Shown here piece by piece: positions 27,843 through 38,600 of a stretch of 58,843 bases of DNA. The stretch is from Longimicrobiales bacterium (GTDB lineage: Bacteria > Gemmatimonadota > Gemmatimonadetes > Longimicrobiales > Gaopeijiaceae): the NCBI GenBank assembly GCA_965226375.1, contig CBDDCX010000002.1, positions 1 through 58,843 of the forward strand, read 5' to 3'. Position 1 is the stretch's first letter. The number at the start of each line of letters is the position of its first letter. A model generated the notes under the pieces. The model saw nothing but the letters and a program-made list of their open reading frames with translations, was not told the DNA's origin and did not search any database. The translations under genes and the position numbers were made by a program.

Positions 27843-30110
27843 TCAGAAGGAACGTCCGATGAAGAGATAGAAGGTGTCGGAGCCCGAAGTCGCCCTCCCA
27901 TACGCCAAGAACAGCGGGCCCAACAGCGTCTCCATCGCGACGAACACGCTCCCTCCGCCCTTCAGCTCGTCGAATCCCCCCTCGTCTGGTTCCGACCACG
28001 CGTTGCCGGTCTCGAGTGAGAACCCGATGTGTAGGTCGCCGCCGGCCGGCGTCGTATTGAGCGTGGCCATGTTCCGTCGAAAAGTGGCTCGAGCCAGAGC
28101 GTAACGGTTTCCCACGAGCTGGCGTGGTCGCAGCCCGGACAGCTGTTGGAACCCACCCAGGGCAAAATCGTGGTGCACAGGTAGGTCAGAGCTGAAAGCC
28201 GTGCCGAATCGTCCCTCCAGGACCATGGTGTTCCGACCCTTCGAGAGCGCCGTCAGCGCCGCGACTTCCAGGCGGGTGTACGTGGGATCGGCCCCCAACG
28301 CCTCAGCGGAGCGATACGCCTCGACCCTACCCCAGCTCCCGCTCGTGGGGAACGACGCGTCGTCCAGGAGATCGACGGAGAATCGAGCCAGAACCGCGCC
28401 GACATCGGCGCTGAGATCCGACTCTGGCGTCTCGTCGGCATCTCTTTCCTCCACTCGCCCACCGACGAGCTCGACCCGAAACTCACCCCAGTCCTGCCAC
28501 TGGGCTCCGAGGGCGATGGCCGCGTGGAGTTCCCGGACTCCTCGACTCACCTCACCCGCTCCGAGCACGGCGACCTCCAGGGACTCCTCCTGATAATCCA
28601 AGCGGGGAGCGATGAAGAATCGACCGCCCACGTCGATGGGCTGAAAGAGCTCGACCTGTGCCCCCTGAGCCTCGCCGAGACGAACCTCGAACAGAAGCTC
28701 GCCCCCGCGACCGTTGAGTTGGGTCTGTCGGTGGGTCGCCAGAATCGTGAAGCTACTGCGTCCACGCTCCAGGTCGTTTCCGAACGCCATGCCGAAGTAC
28801 ATCAGACCCGGACCCCACGGCTTCTCGGTCACCTCTACCAGCAGCCCGTTGGTGTCACCTTCCTGAACCAGGCTGTAGTCCACTCCCTGGTAGAGCCCCA
28901 TGGCGAAGACACGGTTGAGGGCACGCTCAAGCGTCTCGGCCATCAGGGGTTCCCCCGCCGAGAGCCCTAGTCGCCCGCGGAGCGCGTCCGAGCTCATGCG
29001 CTCCGCTCCCTCGATGCGGACAAAGTCGAGCGTCTGAGGGCGTTCCTCCACACGAGTCCGGCCGTCCTTGCACGCCTGGTAGGCTTCACGGCTCAGGCTC
29101 CACTGAGTCAGGTCCTCGCCGGCGGCCCGAGCAACCTCGACCCCCGCGGCGAATGTGGCAGTCAGAGAGCGGAAGTCGGTGATCGGCACTGCGGCCACGT
29201 CCGGGCTGAGCAGCACGTCGCGTCCAGGCACCAGAGCCTCTCGTTGTGGCACCGTGTTCTGGAGCGTAGAGATGCGGAACGTCTGCATCGAGACCTCGAT
29301 AGCGCTTTCGAGCTCGTCCGCGTCGTACAGCGGAGGTGTCAGGTCCACTGCGATCACCACGTCGGCGCCCATGGTACGCACCACGTCCACCGGCAGGTTG
29401 CGCACCAGCCCTCCGTCCACGAGCACTTGCCCCTCGACCTCGACGGGAGAGAACGCCCCGGGGATCGGCATGCTGGCTCGAATCGCAGTCGACAGGTCGC
29501 CCTGATCGAGTACGACAATTTCTCCGGTCACGAGATCCGTAGCGACGGCTACGAAGGGAGTGGGAAGCTCCTCGAAGGATCGCACGTGTGCTACGGGCAG
29601 CGTTGCCGACCGAAGCGTCAATTCTACGTTCTGTCCGGTGACGATCCCGGTGGGGAACCGGAATTCCCCTCCATTGAAGCCGACCTCGAGCCGAGAAGGA
29701 ACCCGCAGGTCGGTACTCTTGAGACGGAACGGCTGGTGACGTCTCGGCGGTCGGTCAGAAAGCAGATCCTGCCAGTCGAGCGACTCTAGAAACACCTTCA
29801 GGTCCGGCACGCCCATACCTGAGGCATAGAGCCCGCCGATGGCGGCACCGATGCTCGTACCCGCAATGAAGTCGACCGGGATCCGAAGCTCTTCGAGGAC
29901 CTCGAGAACTCCGACGTGGGCCCCTCCCTTGGCTCCGCCACCGCCGAGGACGAGGCCGATCTTCGGGCGCGACGCATCGGCCGCTACATCGGAAGACGGA
30001 CTCGGCTGCTGGGCCAGCGCGGTCGTAGCCAACATCGCCGCCGCGATCATGGTCAGGAGCGCGCAGGCTCCTGCTCTGGGGACCGAGGCCCGTGATGTGG
30101 GAAACGCCAA
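27843..30110 (-). CDS. Patatin-like phospholipase with POTRA + BamA-type barrel (PlpD / type Vd-like)
   Basis: GGGAKG, GTSIG, DGG motifs; signal peptide; C-terminal barrel ending FIGRSF. Confidence 0.9.
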   Translation of the reverse strand: MAFPTSRASVPRAGACALLTMIAAAMLATTALAQQPSPSSDVAADASRPKIGLVLGGGGAKGGAHVGVLEVLEELRIPVDFIAGTSIGAAIGGLYASGMGVPDLKVFLESLDWQDLLSDRPPRRHQPFRLKSTDLRVPSRLEVGFNGGEFRFPTGIVTGQNVELTLRSATLPVAHVRSFEELPTPFVAVATDLVTGEIVVLDQGDLSTAIRASMPIPGAFSPVEVEGQVLVDGGLVRNLPVDVVRTMGADVVIAVDLTPPLYDADELESAIEVSMQTFRISTLQNTVPQREALVPGRDVLLSPDVAAVPITDFRSLTATFAAGVEVARAAGEDLTQWSLSREAYQACKDGRTRVEERPQTLDFVRIEGAERMSSDALRGRLGLSAGEPLMAETLERALNRVFAMGLYQGVDYSLVQEGDTNGLLVEVTEKPWGPGLMYFGMAFGNDLERGRSSFTILATHRQTQLNGRGGELLFEVRLGEAQGAQVELFQPIDVGGRFFIAPRLDYQEESLEVAVLGAGEVSRGVRELHAAIALGAQWQDWGEFRVELVGGRVEERDADETPESDLSADVGAVLARFSVDLLDDASFPTSGSWGRVEAYRSAEALGADPTYTRLEVAALTALSKGRNTMVLEGRFGTAFSSDLPVHHDFALGGFQQLSGLRPRQLVGNRYALARATFRRNMATLNTTPAGGDLHIGFSLETGNAWSEPDEGGFDELKGGGSVFVAMETLLGPLFLAYGRATSGSDTFYLFIGRSF

Positions 30111-30120
30111 ACCGGGTGAC

Positions 30121-31038
30121 CTACGTAGAGGAGCCCGTCGTTACGGTCAGTCCGGCGCGATCCAACACCTTGACGACATTGTCTTGCCGATGGTCCGGGA
30201 GCGGCTGGAGAGGCGAGCGCGGATCGCCGCCTCGCATGCCGAGGAGATCCATGGCCACCTTCAGGCCCGGCACGCCCATGCCACCCACGATCTCCTTGTG
30301 GACCGGACCCACCACCTCCTGGAGGCGTCCGGCTTCGGCGGAATCGCCGGCCACATAAGCCGCGTGAATGGCCGCGGAACGCCCGGGCGCCACGCAGGCC
30401 ACGGCCAAGATGCCACCCACCGCACCCAACTCGAGTCCACCGTAGAAGGCCGCTCCACTGCCCACGAGGACCTGGAAGTCGTCCTGCGCCCGCGACACCA
30501 CCTCGCCTACCAACTCGAGGCTGCCGCGCGAGTCCTTCATTCCGATGATGTTGTCCACCTTGGACAGATCGGCCAAGAGGTTCGTAGAGAACTCGAGGGT
30601 GCTCAAATGGAGCGGCACCTGATACACGATGACCGGAATCTGAGAAGCCCTGGCGACCGCTCGGTAGTGATCCAGGAGGGCGGAGTCGGTCATCGCGCCG
30701 CGGTAGAACGCCGGAGGCTGGACGAGTACCGCATCGGCCCCCGCTTCTGCGGCGACATCACAGCGCCGGATGGTGGCCCGCGTGGACTCGGCCCCTGTGC
30801 CGGCCAGCAGCAACCGGTCGTCCGGGATCACGTCCCGGGCGCCCTCCAGGCAGGCCAAGCGCTCGTCTTCCTCGAGCAAGAGGGCCTCCCCCGTGGAGCC
30901 ACCGACCAGGATGCCTCGAATGGGGTGGGTCAGCCAACTCCTGAAGTTCGCTCGGAGGCCTACGAGATCGACCTCGCCGGTTACGGGATCGAACGGTGTT
31001 GTGCAGGGGATGAGTACTCCTGACAGGTCCACGCTCAT
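30121..31038 (-). CDS. DHDPS-family aldolase (non-DapA paralog)
   Basis: GSTGE, IVYQVP, GMKDS. Confidence 0.88.
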   Translation of the reverse strand: MSVDLSGVLIPCTTPFDPVTGEVDLVGLRANFRSWLTHPIRGILVGGSTGEALLLEEDERLACLEGARDVIPDDRLLLAGTGAESTRATIRRCDVAAEAGADAVLVQPPAFYRGAMTDSALLDHYRAVARASQIPVIVYQVPLHLSTLEFSTNLLADLSKVDNIIGMKDSRGSLELVGEVVSRAQDDFQVLVGSGAAFYGGLELGAVGGILAVACVAPGRSAAIHAAYVAGDSAEAGRLQEVVGPVHKEIVGGMGVPGLKVAMDLLGMRGGDPRSPLQPLPDHRQDNVVKVLDRAGLTVTTGSST

Positions 31039-32172
31039 GAGCTGAACATCCCCGCGCCGCTCGGATCGCCGCCTCCTGGCACGCCACCGGCGTGACCGCT
31101 GCCCGGCCCGCCGAGAATGTTCATCTTGAGGTCGAAGTCGCTGGGGCTGTTGGCCGCCGCCTTTCCGACCTCGAACGTGATCTGCCCGCTGCTCACGAGC
31201 TCCATGAGGTGCTGATCGAATGTCTGCGAGCCGTACTGCTCCCTACCATCGGCGATCAGGTCGTGGATCTCGTCCATGCGTTCCGTATCCAAGATGCAGT
31301 CACGGATGGTCCCGGTAACGCGCATGACCTCGGCAGCCACGACCCGTCCCTCTCCGTCCACCGTAGGCACCAGACGCTGGCTGACCACGGCCTGAATCGA
31401 GTCCGCCATACGAACCCGGATCATGTCCTGCTCCTCGGGCGCGAACACGGCGATCATCCGAGAAAGCGTCTGGACCGCGTTCTTCGTGTGAACCGTCGAA
31501 ATGACCAGGTGTCCGGTCTCGGCCGCCTTGAGGCCCGTATCGATGGTCTCCTTGTCGCGCATCTCACCGATAAGCAGCACATCGGGATCCTGGCGTAGGG
31601 CAGCCCGCAGCCCGGTCGAAAACGATTCCGTATCGGAGCCGACGTCGCGCTGTGTGACGGAAGAGTTGAGGTCTCGGTGAAGAAACTCGATGGGGTTCTC
31701 GAGCGTGACGATGTGGCTTCTTCATGTTGCGGTTGATGTAGCCGATCATGGCCGCCATGGTGGAGCTCTTACCGCTCCCCGTCACGCCGGTCACGAGGAC
31801 CAACCCACGCTCGGTCTTGGAGATCGTCTCGAGAACCTCGGGCAGCCGTAGATCCGCGAAGGTCGGGATCTCGATGGGGATGATCCGCATCACGATGCCG
31901 AAGACACCCCGCTGCCTCAAGATGTTCACGCGGAAGCGGCCCAACCCGGGAAGGCCCCAGGAGCAATCGTAGTCCATGATCTCGTCGATTCGGTCCCGAT
32001 CACGCTCGTGGGGGATCAGCTTCAGGGCGAACTCCTGAACCTGGGCATGGGAGCTCTTCTGATCCGTAAGTGGTGTCAGTTCTCCGTGTAGGCGGGCCCG
32101 GACGAAGTCACCAGCCTTGATGTGGATGTCGCTGGCCCCATCCTCGATCGCCTTCTTGAACATCTCATTCAT
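31035..32172 (-). CDS. pilT: PilT/PilU retraction ATPase, one frameshift near 31715
   Basis: ASDIHI, GVTGSGKS, TLENPIEF, LRQDPD..LIGEMRD, AAETGH; one extra C splits the ORF. Confidence 0.9.
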
Positions 32173-32275
32173 CGACGCATCACCTTGGACAAATCCTGTT
32201 GCAGGGTTCTATCGCAAAGTAGGGGCGTTCCGTCACCGGCGAAATCGCCTTGTCACCCCCCGGCGGTCATCGGGC

Positions 32276-33289
32276 TCAAAGAGCCGACGGCCAATCGATC
32301 CCCATGCTGTGGCGAGCGTGGGACAGCGTTTCGCTCGCGAGCGATCGCGCGTGTGCGGCTCCGGCCACGAGAACGTCCCGCACCTCGTCTCTGTGCTCCT
32401 GGTAGTAGAGGGACCTCTCGCGAATGGGTGCGAAGGCTTTCGCGATGCTGTCGGCGAGGATGCGTTTGCAGTCCACGCAGCCTCGTTGCGCGGTCCGGCA
32501 CTGCTCATCGATGTCGGGGATCATGTCGGCATCCGTGAGCATCTTGTGTAGTGAGAACACGTTGCAGACCTCGGGACGGCCCGGATCGTCGCGCCGGATG
32601 CGCTGGGGGTCCGTCACCGCCGTTCTGACCCTAGCCCAGATCTCTTCTTCATCGGCCAGAATCGGCACCGTGTTGTCCAGCGACTTGCTCATCTTGGCCA
32701 CGCCGTCCAGGCCGATGACCTTCCCCACCTCGGGGATGATCGCCTCGGGCTCGGGAAAGTAGTCGCCATAACGCGCGTTCCACTTCCGGGCGATGTCGCG
32801 GGTCAGCTCCAGATGCTGTCGCTGATCTTCACCCACGGGCACGGCGTCGGCCCGATAGATGAGAATGTCGGCCGCCTGCAGCACGGGATAGTTGAGCAGC
32901 CCGGCAGGGATCGACTCGAACTTGGCCGACTTGTCCTTGTACTGAGTCATCCGCTCCAGGTCGCCCACGGGCGCCACCGTGTTGAAGAGCCATTGCAGCT
33001 CCAGGTGCTCGGGCACGTCGGACTGGACGAAGATCGTGCAGCGCTCGGGATCGAGGCCTACGGCGAGCAGGTTGATGGCCGCGTCGACCGTACGAGCCGG
33101 CAGGTCGGCGGGATCCCCGTCCCCGAGGATGGCGTGTTGGTCCACGATGGCGTAGAAGCACTCGTACTCGTCCTGCATGTGTACCCACTGCCGGAGGGCC
33201 CCGAGATAGTTCCCCAGGTGAACCCCGCCGGTGGGCTGAATACCGCTGAGTACCCGCTTACGTCGGGTGGCCGTGTTGAGATCGTTCAT
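32276..33289 (-). CDS. trpS: Tryptophan--tRNA ligase
   Basis: SGIQPTG..HLGNY, YPVLQAADIL, KMSKS. Confidence 0.98.
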   Translation of the reverse strand: MNDLNTATRRKRVLSGIQPTGGVHLGNYLGALRQWVHMQDEYECFYAIVDQHAILGDGDPADLPARTVDAAINLLAVGLDPERCTIFVQSDVPEHLELQWLFNTVAPVGDLERMTQYKDKSAKFESIPAGLLNYPVLQAADILIYRADAVPVGEDQRQHLELTRDIARKWNARYGDYFPEPEAIIPEVGKVIGLDGVAKMSKSLDNTVPILADEEEIWARVRTAVTDPQRIRRDDPGRPEVCNVFSLHKMLTDADMIPDIDEQCRTAQRGCVDCKRILADSIAKAFAPIRERSLYYQEHRDEVRDVLVAGAAHARSLASETLSHARHSMGIDWPSAL

Positions 33290-33362
33290 CGCGTAACTTA
33301 CGTACGCCCCGAGATAATGTGAATCTTACCACACCGCCTGCGGCCACACCGACCCGACGCCG

Positions 33363-34163
33363 ATGACCGATCTTCTCGAAACCGCTCTGGAGACCGCACG
33401 TCTGGCTGCCGACGCCGCCGCCGAAGTCCACCTGGCTCACGGCACCTCCGTCACGGTGGCCGACGCCACCGAGAAGGGCCGCGCCGACTACGTGTCCGCC
33501 ACCGATCTCGCGGCGCAGGAGGCGTGTCTCTCGATCATCCGGGATCGTCATCCCGAGCACGCGATCATGGCCGAAGAGGATGCGGGGGACCGCCCTGCGG
33601 TCGCTCGGTCCGACCACCCGGTGTGGGTCGTGGACCCTCTGGACGGCACGGCGAACTTCCTCCACAACCATCCCATGTACGCCGCCTCGGTGGCCCTCGC
33701 CGTCGACGGAGCTCCGGTCGTGGGGGCGGTATCATGTGCGCCCTCGGGCGAACGTTGGTGGGCCGCTCGCGGGCGTGGAGCTTGGAAGGACGGACTCGCC
33801 ATCGGGGTCTCGCCGGTCACCGACCTCCGCCATGCACTGGTCGGTACCGGCTTTCCGTTCAAGAGCGAGTCTCTGCTCGAGGAGTACGCCGGCCAACTCG
33901 TCCGAGTGCTCGCGTCCACGGGTGGGGTGCGTCGGGGCGGGGCGGCCACGCTGGACCTCTGCTACGTGGCCGAGGGAAGGTTCGACGCGTTCTGGGAGCT
34001 CTTCCTGAATCCGTGGGACTTCGCGGCGGGGTGGGTGATTATCGAAGAGGCCGGCGGGGTCACGAGCCGTGTGGCGGGAGAGCCGCTTTCCGTGTCACCG
34101 GGAAGCCTCATGAGCGCCAACTCACCGGCCATGCTCGAGGCGATCTCGGGGCTCCTGGAATAG
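33363..34163 (+). CDS. suhB: Inositol monophosphatase family
   Basis: AEE, DPLDGTANF, WDFAAG. Confidence 0.9.
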   Translation: MTDLLETALETARLAADAAAEVHLAHGTSVTVADATEKGRADYVSATDLAAQEACLSIIRDRHPEHAIMAEEDAGDRPAVARSDHPVWVVDPLDGTANFLHNHPMYAASVALAVDGAPVVGAVSCAPSGERWWAARGRGAWKDGLAIGVSPVTDLRHALVGTGFPFKSESLLEEYAGQLVRVLASTGGVRRGGAATLDLCYVAEGRFDAFWELFLNPWDFAAGWVIIEEAGGVTSRVAGEPLSVSPGSLMSANSPAMLEAISGLLE

Positions 34164-34227
34164 GAAAGCGGGCCCGGATGTCTCCGGACCCGCCACATCT
34201 GCTCGAGACTTCGAGTGGAACGATGTC

Positions 34228-34734
34228 CTACTTACCGCCCTTGATCGCGATGGTGCGGCTCTTGGCCTCCGCGGCCTTGGGCATCCGCACGGTCAGGATG
34301 CCGTTGGCGAAGTCGGCCTTGATGTCGTCCGTAACGACCGACTTGGGAAGCGTGAAGGCCCTTTGGAAACTTCCGTAACGACGCTCCCAAACGTGGAAGC
34401 TGGACCTGTCGTCCCCCTCCTCGCGCTCCTCGCTGACCTCCTCGCTGAGCTCCTCGCTGAGCTCCTCCCGCTTCTCGCCGCGGATGGTTAGAATATTGTT
34501 CTCGATTTCGAGACGGACATCCTCTTCGGCCATGCCCGGCAGCTCGGCAGTGAGGATGAGTTCCTCCACTCCCTCCTCGACGTTCACTGCGGGAAACCAC
34601 GATCCAGTCGGTTTCGGGGTATCCCAAGGCCCGTCGAAAAGCCGCGGAAGGCGATTCGTAAAGCCCGTGAACTCGGGCCAGGACGAGAGGGCTCGCCGGG
34701 GGCTGCGCCGGTGGGTGTATCTCATGATTGCCAT
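34228..34734 (-). CDS. Hsp20/alpha-crystallin small heat-shock protein
   Basis: AELPGM, LTIRGEK, ERRYGSFQRAF, NGILTV. Confidence 0.95.
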   Translation of the reverse strand: MAIMRYTHRRSPRRALSSWPEFTGFTNRLPRLFDGPWDTPKPTGSWFPAVNVEEGVEELILTAELPGMAEEDVRLEIENNILTIRGEKREELSEELSEEVSEEREEGDDRSSFHVWERRYGSFQRAFTLPKSVVTDDIKADFANGILTVRMPKAAEAKSRTIAIKGGK

Positions 34735-34849
34735 CGGAGTACTCCTTTAGATCGGAATGGTGCGACATGGTGGTGCGCTATCGGCGGGGTGGCGGTCCTC
34801 AGCCTCTCCAAGGGAGTGCGACGGACCTCCGATTACCACGGATCACGGT

Positions 34850-34865
34850 TGCATGATGCGTGCCA
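34850..34865 (-). promoter_or_regulatory. Sigma-54 promoter of hsp20
   Basis: TGGCAC-GCATC-ATGCA on the minus strand (consensus TGGCAC-N5-TTGCA, 1 mismatch). Confidence 0.65.
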
Positions 34866-35086
34866 ACGCCAGCAGGTGAAAAGCTGCCAAATGTACATGC
34901 ACCAATGACTTACAGAAACGGAAAGACGCCGTTTTGGCGCCTTTTCACGGTCTGTGGCTGCCAATTTGGCAGTGGTGGAGACCCGTGATGCGGGGTCCGG
35001 CCCGCTCCTTGCACTTGAGAGGGGCGGCGGGGCGGCCCCAGAGGCGGTGGGCAGCGCAAATCTGACGAACGAATGGAGACCAGAAG

Positions 35087-36127
35087 GTGGATGATCGGAT
35101 CACGGTAGGAGTCCTGGGCGCGACGGGTACGGTCGGCCAGAGCCTCATTCGGCTCCTGGACGGGCACCCGTGGTTCCGTCTGGCCGAGGTGAGCGCCTCT
35201 GCTTCGTCGGCGGGCCAGACTCTGGGCGAGCGGGTACCGGGCGCGGCGCTGCCTCCCGAGGCCGCCACTCTGCCCCTGGGCGAGCCGGACTCGAAGTGGG
35301 AGTCGCCCATCCTGCTGTCCGCCCTTCCATCGGGGGCAGCCCACGAGACGGAACAGCGCTTGGCCGAGGCCGGGCACGTGGTCGTGAGCAACGCTTCGGC
35401 ACATCGGATGCGTGCCGACGTGCCGCTCCTGATCCCCGAGGTCAACGCCGATCACCTCGATATGGTGGATGGCCAGCCTTGGGACGGCGCGCTGGTCACC
35501 AACCCCAACTGCGCGGTTGCGGGCCTCGCGCTGGCTCTGGCTCCCTTGCACGAGACGTTCGGCGTCCAACGCGTCGTCACCACGTCATTCCAAGCCATCT
35601 CGGGAGCGGGTACGCCGGGCCCCCCGGCCGGAAGCCTTCTGGACAACGTCCTGCCCTTCATCAAGGGCGAAGAAGAGAAGTTGGCCGAGGAGCCTCAGAA
35701 GATCCTCGGGAGCGTACGCGAGGGCGTGTTGTCCGAGGCCGAGTTCGCGGTGAGCGCATCGTGCACCCGAGTGTCCGTGTCGGACGGGCACCTCCTGTCG
35801 GTCTCGGTGTCCCTCACCGGCGGACCCTCGCCCGAACAGGTCACGGCAGCCTTGCGGGGGTTTCAGGCTCCCGAGGTCGCAAGGAATCTTCCCACCTCAC
35901 CCGAACAGGTCATCCAGGTCATGTCCCAGGAGGATCGGCCACAGCCGAGACTCGATCGGGATCTAGGCCGCGGGATGACCGTGACCGTGGGTCGGGTGCG
36001 GCGGTGTGAGGTGCTGGACGTGAAGTTCTTCGTCCTGGCTCACAACCTGGTACGCGGTGCAGCGGGTGCGGCGCTCCTGAACGCCGAGTTGTGCAGGGCC
36101 GCAGGTGTGACGGAGGGTGTGCGATGA
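35087..36127 (+). CDS. asd: Aspartate-semialdehyde dehydrogenase
   Basis: GATGTVGQ, NPNC, QAISGAG, HNLVRGAAG. Confidence 0.96.
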   Translation: MDDRITVGVLGATGTVGQSLIRLLDGHPWFRLAEVSASASSAGQTLGERVPGAALPPEAATLPLGEPDSKWESPILLSALPSGAAHETEQRLAEAGHVVVSNASAHRMRADVPLLIPEVNADHLDMVDGQPWDGALVTNPNCAVAGLALALAPLHETFGVQRVVTTSFQAISGAGTPGPPAGSLLDNVLPFIKGEEEKLAEEPQKILGSVREGVLSEAEFAVSASCTRVSVSDGHLLSVSVSLTGGPSPEQVTAALRGFQAPEVARNLPTSPEQVIQVMSQEDRPQPRLDRDLGRGMTVTVGRVRRCEVLDVKFFVLAHNLVRGAAGAALLNAELCRAAGVTEGVR

Positions 36128-37611
36128 CCGACCGACCGGCGCTCACCGATACGGACCTCTGCGCAGATCCGTCGGCACGGGTAGGTGCCGAGCCTTCGGT
36201 GGGTTCTGCCACAGGGCTGCCCACCGGGTCCGCGACCGGGGCTCTCCGTGTCCACAAGTTCGGAGGGACTTCGGTGGACGGAGCCGAGCGGCTCCGGGCT
36301 CTGGCGGAGATCATTCGGCTACAGGACGATGCCGCCGTTGTGGTCGTGTCCACCATGGCCGGCGTCAGCAACGAGTTGAGTGGGCTGGCTGCAGGGTCGG
36401 ACGACGTTCACGACAGGCCAGGTCCCGCCGAGGTCGTGGAACGTCTGCGCCGCCGGCACCAGAGTGTCTTGCTCGAGTTGACCGCCCAAGGCCCCGAGCG
36501 CACCGCGACGGCCACCCGCATCGATCACATCCTGGACCGGGTGGCGACGCTTCTCCCCGCGGCGCCCGGTGCGGATCGGCTGCAGTTGAGGGACCAGCTC
36601 ATGGCTGCCGGAGAGGACCTCACGGTCGAGTTGACGGTGGCGGCGCTCGAGGCCGGCGGCGTACGGGCCGTCGCCATGGATGCGCGCAGCGTCGTGTGGA
36701 CCGACCCCGGGTTCGGCGCTGCCATCCCCGACGTCGACGCCATCGGGCGGTTGGCTCCCGAGCGGATGCGACCCCTGCTCGACGCGGGCACGGTGCCGGT
36801 AGTCCAGGGCTTCATCGGGAGCGAGGCCGGTGGAAGCACCACGACCCTCGGCCGGGGAGGATCGGACTTTACGGCGGCGCTTCTCGGAGCGGCCCTGAAC
36901 GCATCGGAGGTGGTGATCTGGACCGATGTGGACGGGATGTACTCCGGAGATCCCAAGCTGGTGCGCTCGGCGGAGGCGCTGCCCGAGGTCGGTTTCGGAG
37001 AGGCGGTCGAGCTGGCCTATTTCGGGGCCCCCGTCATCCACCCGGCGGCGGTCAAACATGCGATCGCCCGAGGCGTGCTTCTGCGGATCAAGAACACCTT
37101 CAAGCCGGACGGCCAAGGCACCCTGATCCACTTCGATCGACGGGACACGGCGGCATTCGCGGCCGTGGCCCACAAGACCGACGTGGCACTGATCGAGGTG
37201 CGGGCGTTCCCCACGGCCATGGCCTACGGATTCCTGGCGCGGGTGTTCGCCGTGCTGGCGAGCCACCGCGTGCCGGTGGATCTGGTGGCCACGTCCCACA
37301 GCAGCACGGCCTTCACGGTGGATCGGGACCAGGAGCTGAGCGAGGTTCGGCGAGCTCTGTCGGTGTTCTCCGAGGTCGAGGTGACCGAAGACGTGTCCAC
37401 CGTCACCGTGGTGGGCCGGGGGCTCCTTCGCGAACCCGGACTCGACGCCCTGGTGTTCTGGGCCATCGAGAAGACACCGGTCTACCTGATCTCGCAGGCA
37501 TCCGACGTGAGCATCAGCTTCGTGGTCGATGAAGTCGATGCGCCCGAACTGGTCCGCAAGCTCCATCTGTCGCTCATCGAGCTCCGTAGGTTTGGGGACC
37601 CCGCGCCATGA
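36124..37611 (+). CDS. lysC: Aspartate kinase
   Basis: KFGGTSV, TTLGRGGSD, ACT domains; ATGA overlap with asd. Confidence 0.94.
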   Translation: MTDRPALTDTDLCADPSARVGAEPSVGSATGLPTGSATGALRVHKFGGTSVDGAERLRALAEIIRLQDDAAVVVVSTMAGVSNELSGLAAGSDDVHDRPGPAEVVERLRRRHQSVLLELTAQGPERTATATRIDHILDRVATLLPAAPGADRLQLRDQLMAAGEDLTVELTVAALEAGGVRAVAMDARSVVWTDPGFGAAIPDVDAIGRLAPERMRPLLDAGTVPVVQGFIGSEAGGSTTTLGRGGSDFTAALLGAALNASEVVIWTDVDGMYSGDPKLVRSAEALPEVGFGEAVELAYFGAPVIHPAAVKHAIARGVLLRIKNTFKPDGQGTLIHFDRRDTAAFAAVAHKTDVALIEVRAFPTAMAYGFLARVFAVLASHRVPVDLVATSHSSTAFTVDRDQELSEVRRALSVFSEVEVTEDVSTVTVVGRGLLREPGLDALVFWAIEKTPVYLISQASDVSISFVVDEVDAPELVRKLHLSLIELRRFGDPAP

Positions 37612-37694
37612 GCGTGACCCTTTGAACAGAAGGACGATGACAGAGATTACGGACGAATAGAAAACCAGAAGAAGACGTAGAGGAGGAGAGCAAG

Positions 37695-38600
37695 ATGGAC
37701 GCCAATCACCTGGGGGGTGTCGGTGTGGCACTGGTCACACCCTTCCAAAAGGACGGATCCGTGGACACGGAGGCCCTACATCGCCACGTGGACTTCCAGA
37801 TCGACAACGGTGTGGGGGTCATGGTGCCGTGCGGTACCACGGGAGAGAGTGCCACGCTCGATGCGGACGAGCAGGCCCTCGTCGTGCGTACGACCGCGGG
37901 CGCCGCCCGTGGTCGGGTACCGGTGCTGGCAGGAGCGGGCGGCAGCGACACGGCCGACGTGATCCGCCGGGCCCGGGCGGCACGAGACGCGGGTGCGGAC
38001 GGCATCCTCTCCGTGAGTCCGGCCTACAACAAGCCCAGCCAACGGGGGCTCGTCGAGCATTTCCGTGCCGTGGCTGCTGCGGTGGACTGCCCGGTCGTCG
38101 TGTACAATGTGCCCGGCCGTACGTGCTCCAACATTCTCCCCGAGACGGTCCTGGCTCTCACGAAGGTGGACAATATCGTGGGGGTCAAAGAGGCCTCCGG
38201 CGACGTGAACCAGATCATGACGATCATCAGGGAGCGGCCCGAGAATTTCCTGGTTCTGGCGGGGGACGACAGCCTGGCTCTGCCCCTCATCGCGGCGGGC
38301 GCCGACGGGGTGATCTCGGTGGTTGCCAACGAGGCACCGGCCCTGATGTCCCGCCTGGTGGACGCGGCCCTCCGCGGCGACTACGACGAGGCGCGCACGC
38401 TCCACTACGACCTGCTTCCCCTCATGCAGGCCAACTTCGTCGAGACGAGTCCCGTACCGGTGAAGGCGGCCCTCGAGATGATGGGGCGGCTCGAGGCGAG
38501 GTACCGCCTTCCTCTCGTGCCCCTCGACCCCGCGAACGAGGCGTGCATCCGCCACGCCTTGGCAGAGGCCGGCGTCCTGGAAACGGAGTTGGTCAGTTGA
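37695..38600 (+). CDS. dapA: 4-hydroxy-tetrahydrodipicolinate synthase
   Basis: GTTGES, YNKP, YNVPGRT, KEASG. Confidence 0.96.
   Translation: MDANHLGGVGVALVTPFQKDGSVDTEALHRHVDFQIDNGVGVMVPCGTTGESATLDADEQALVVRTTAGAARGRVPVLAGAGGSDTADVIRRARAARDAGADGILSVSPAYNKPSQRGLVEHFRAVAAAVDCPVVVYNVPGRTCSNILPETVLALTKVDNIVGVKEASGDVNQIMTIIRERPENFLVLAGDDSLALPLIAAGADGVISVVANEAPALMSRLVDAALRGDYDEARTLHYDLLPLMQANFVETSPVPVKAALEMMGRLEARYRLPLVPLDPANEACIRHALAEAGVLETELVS

Noticed and set aside
34900..35086. Lysine riboswitch upstream of asd
   Set aside because: No recognisable L-box consensus; the palindromes fit the divergent hsp20 promoter better
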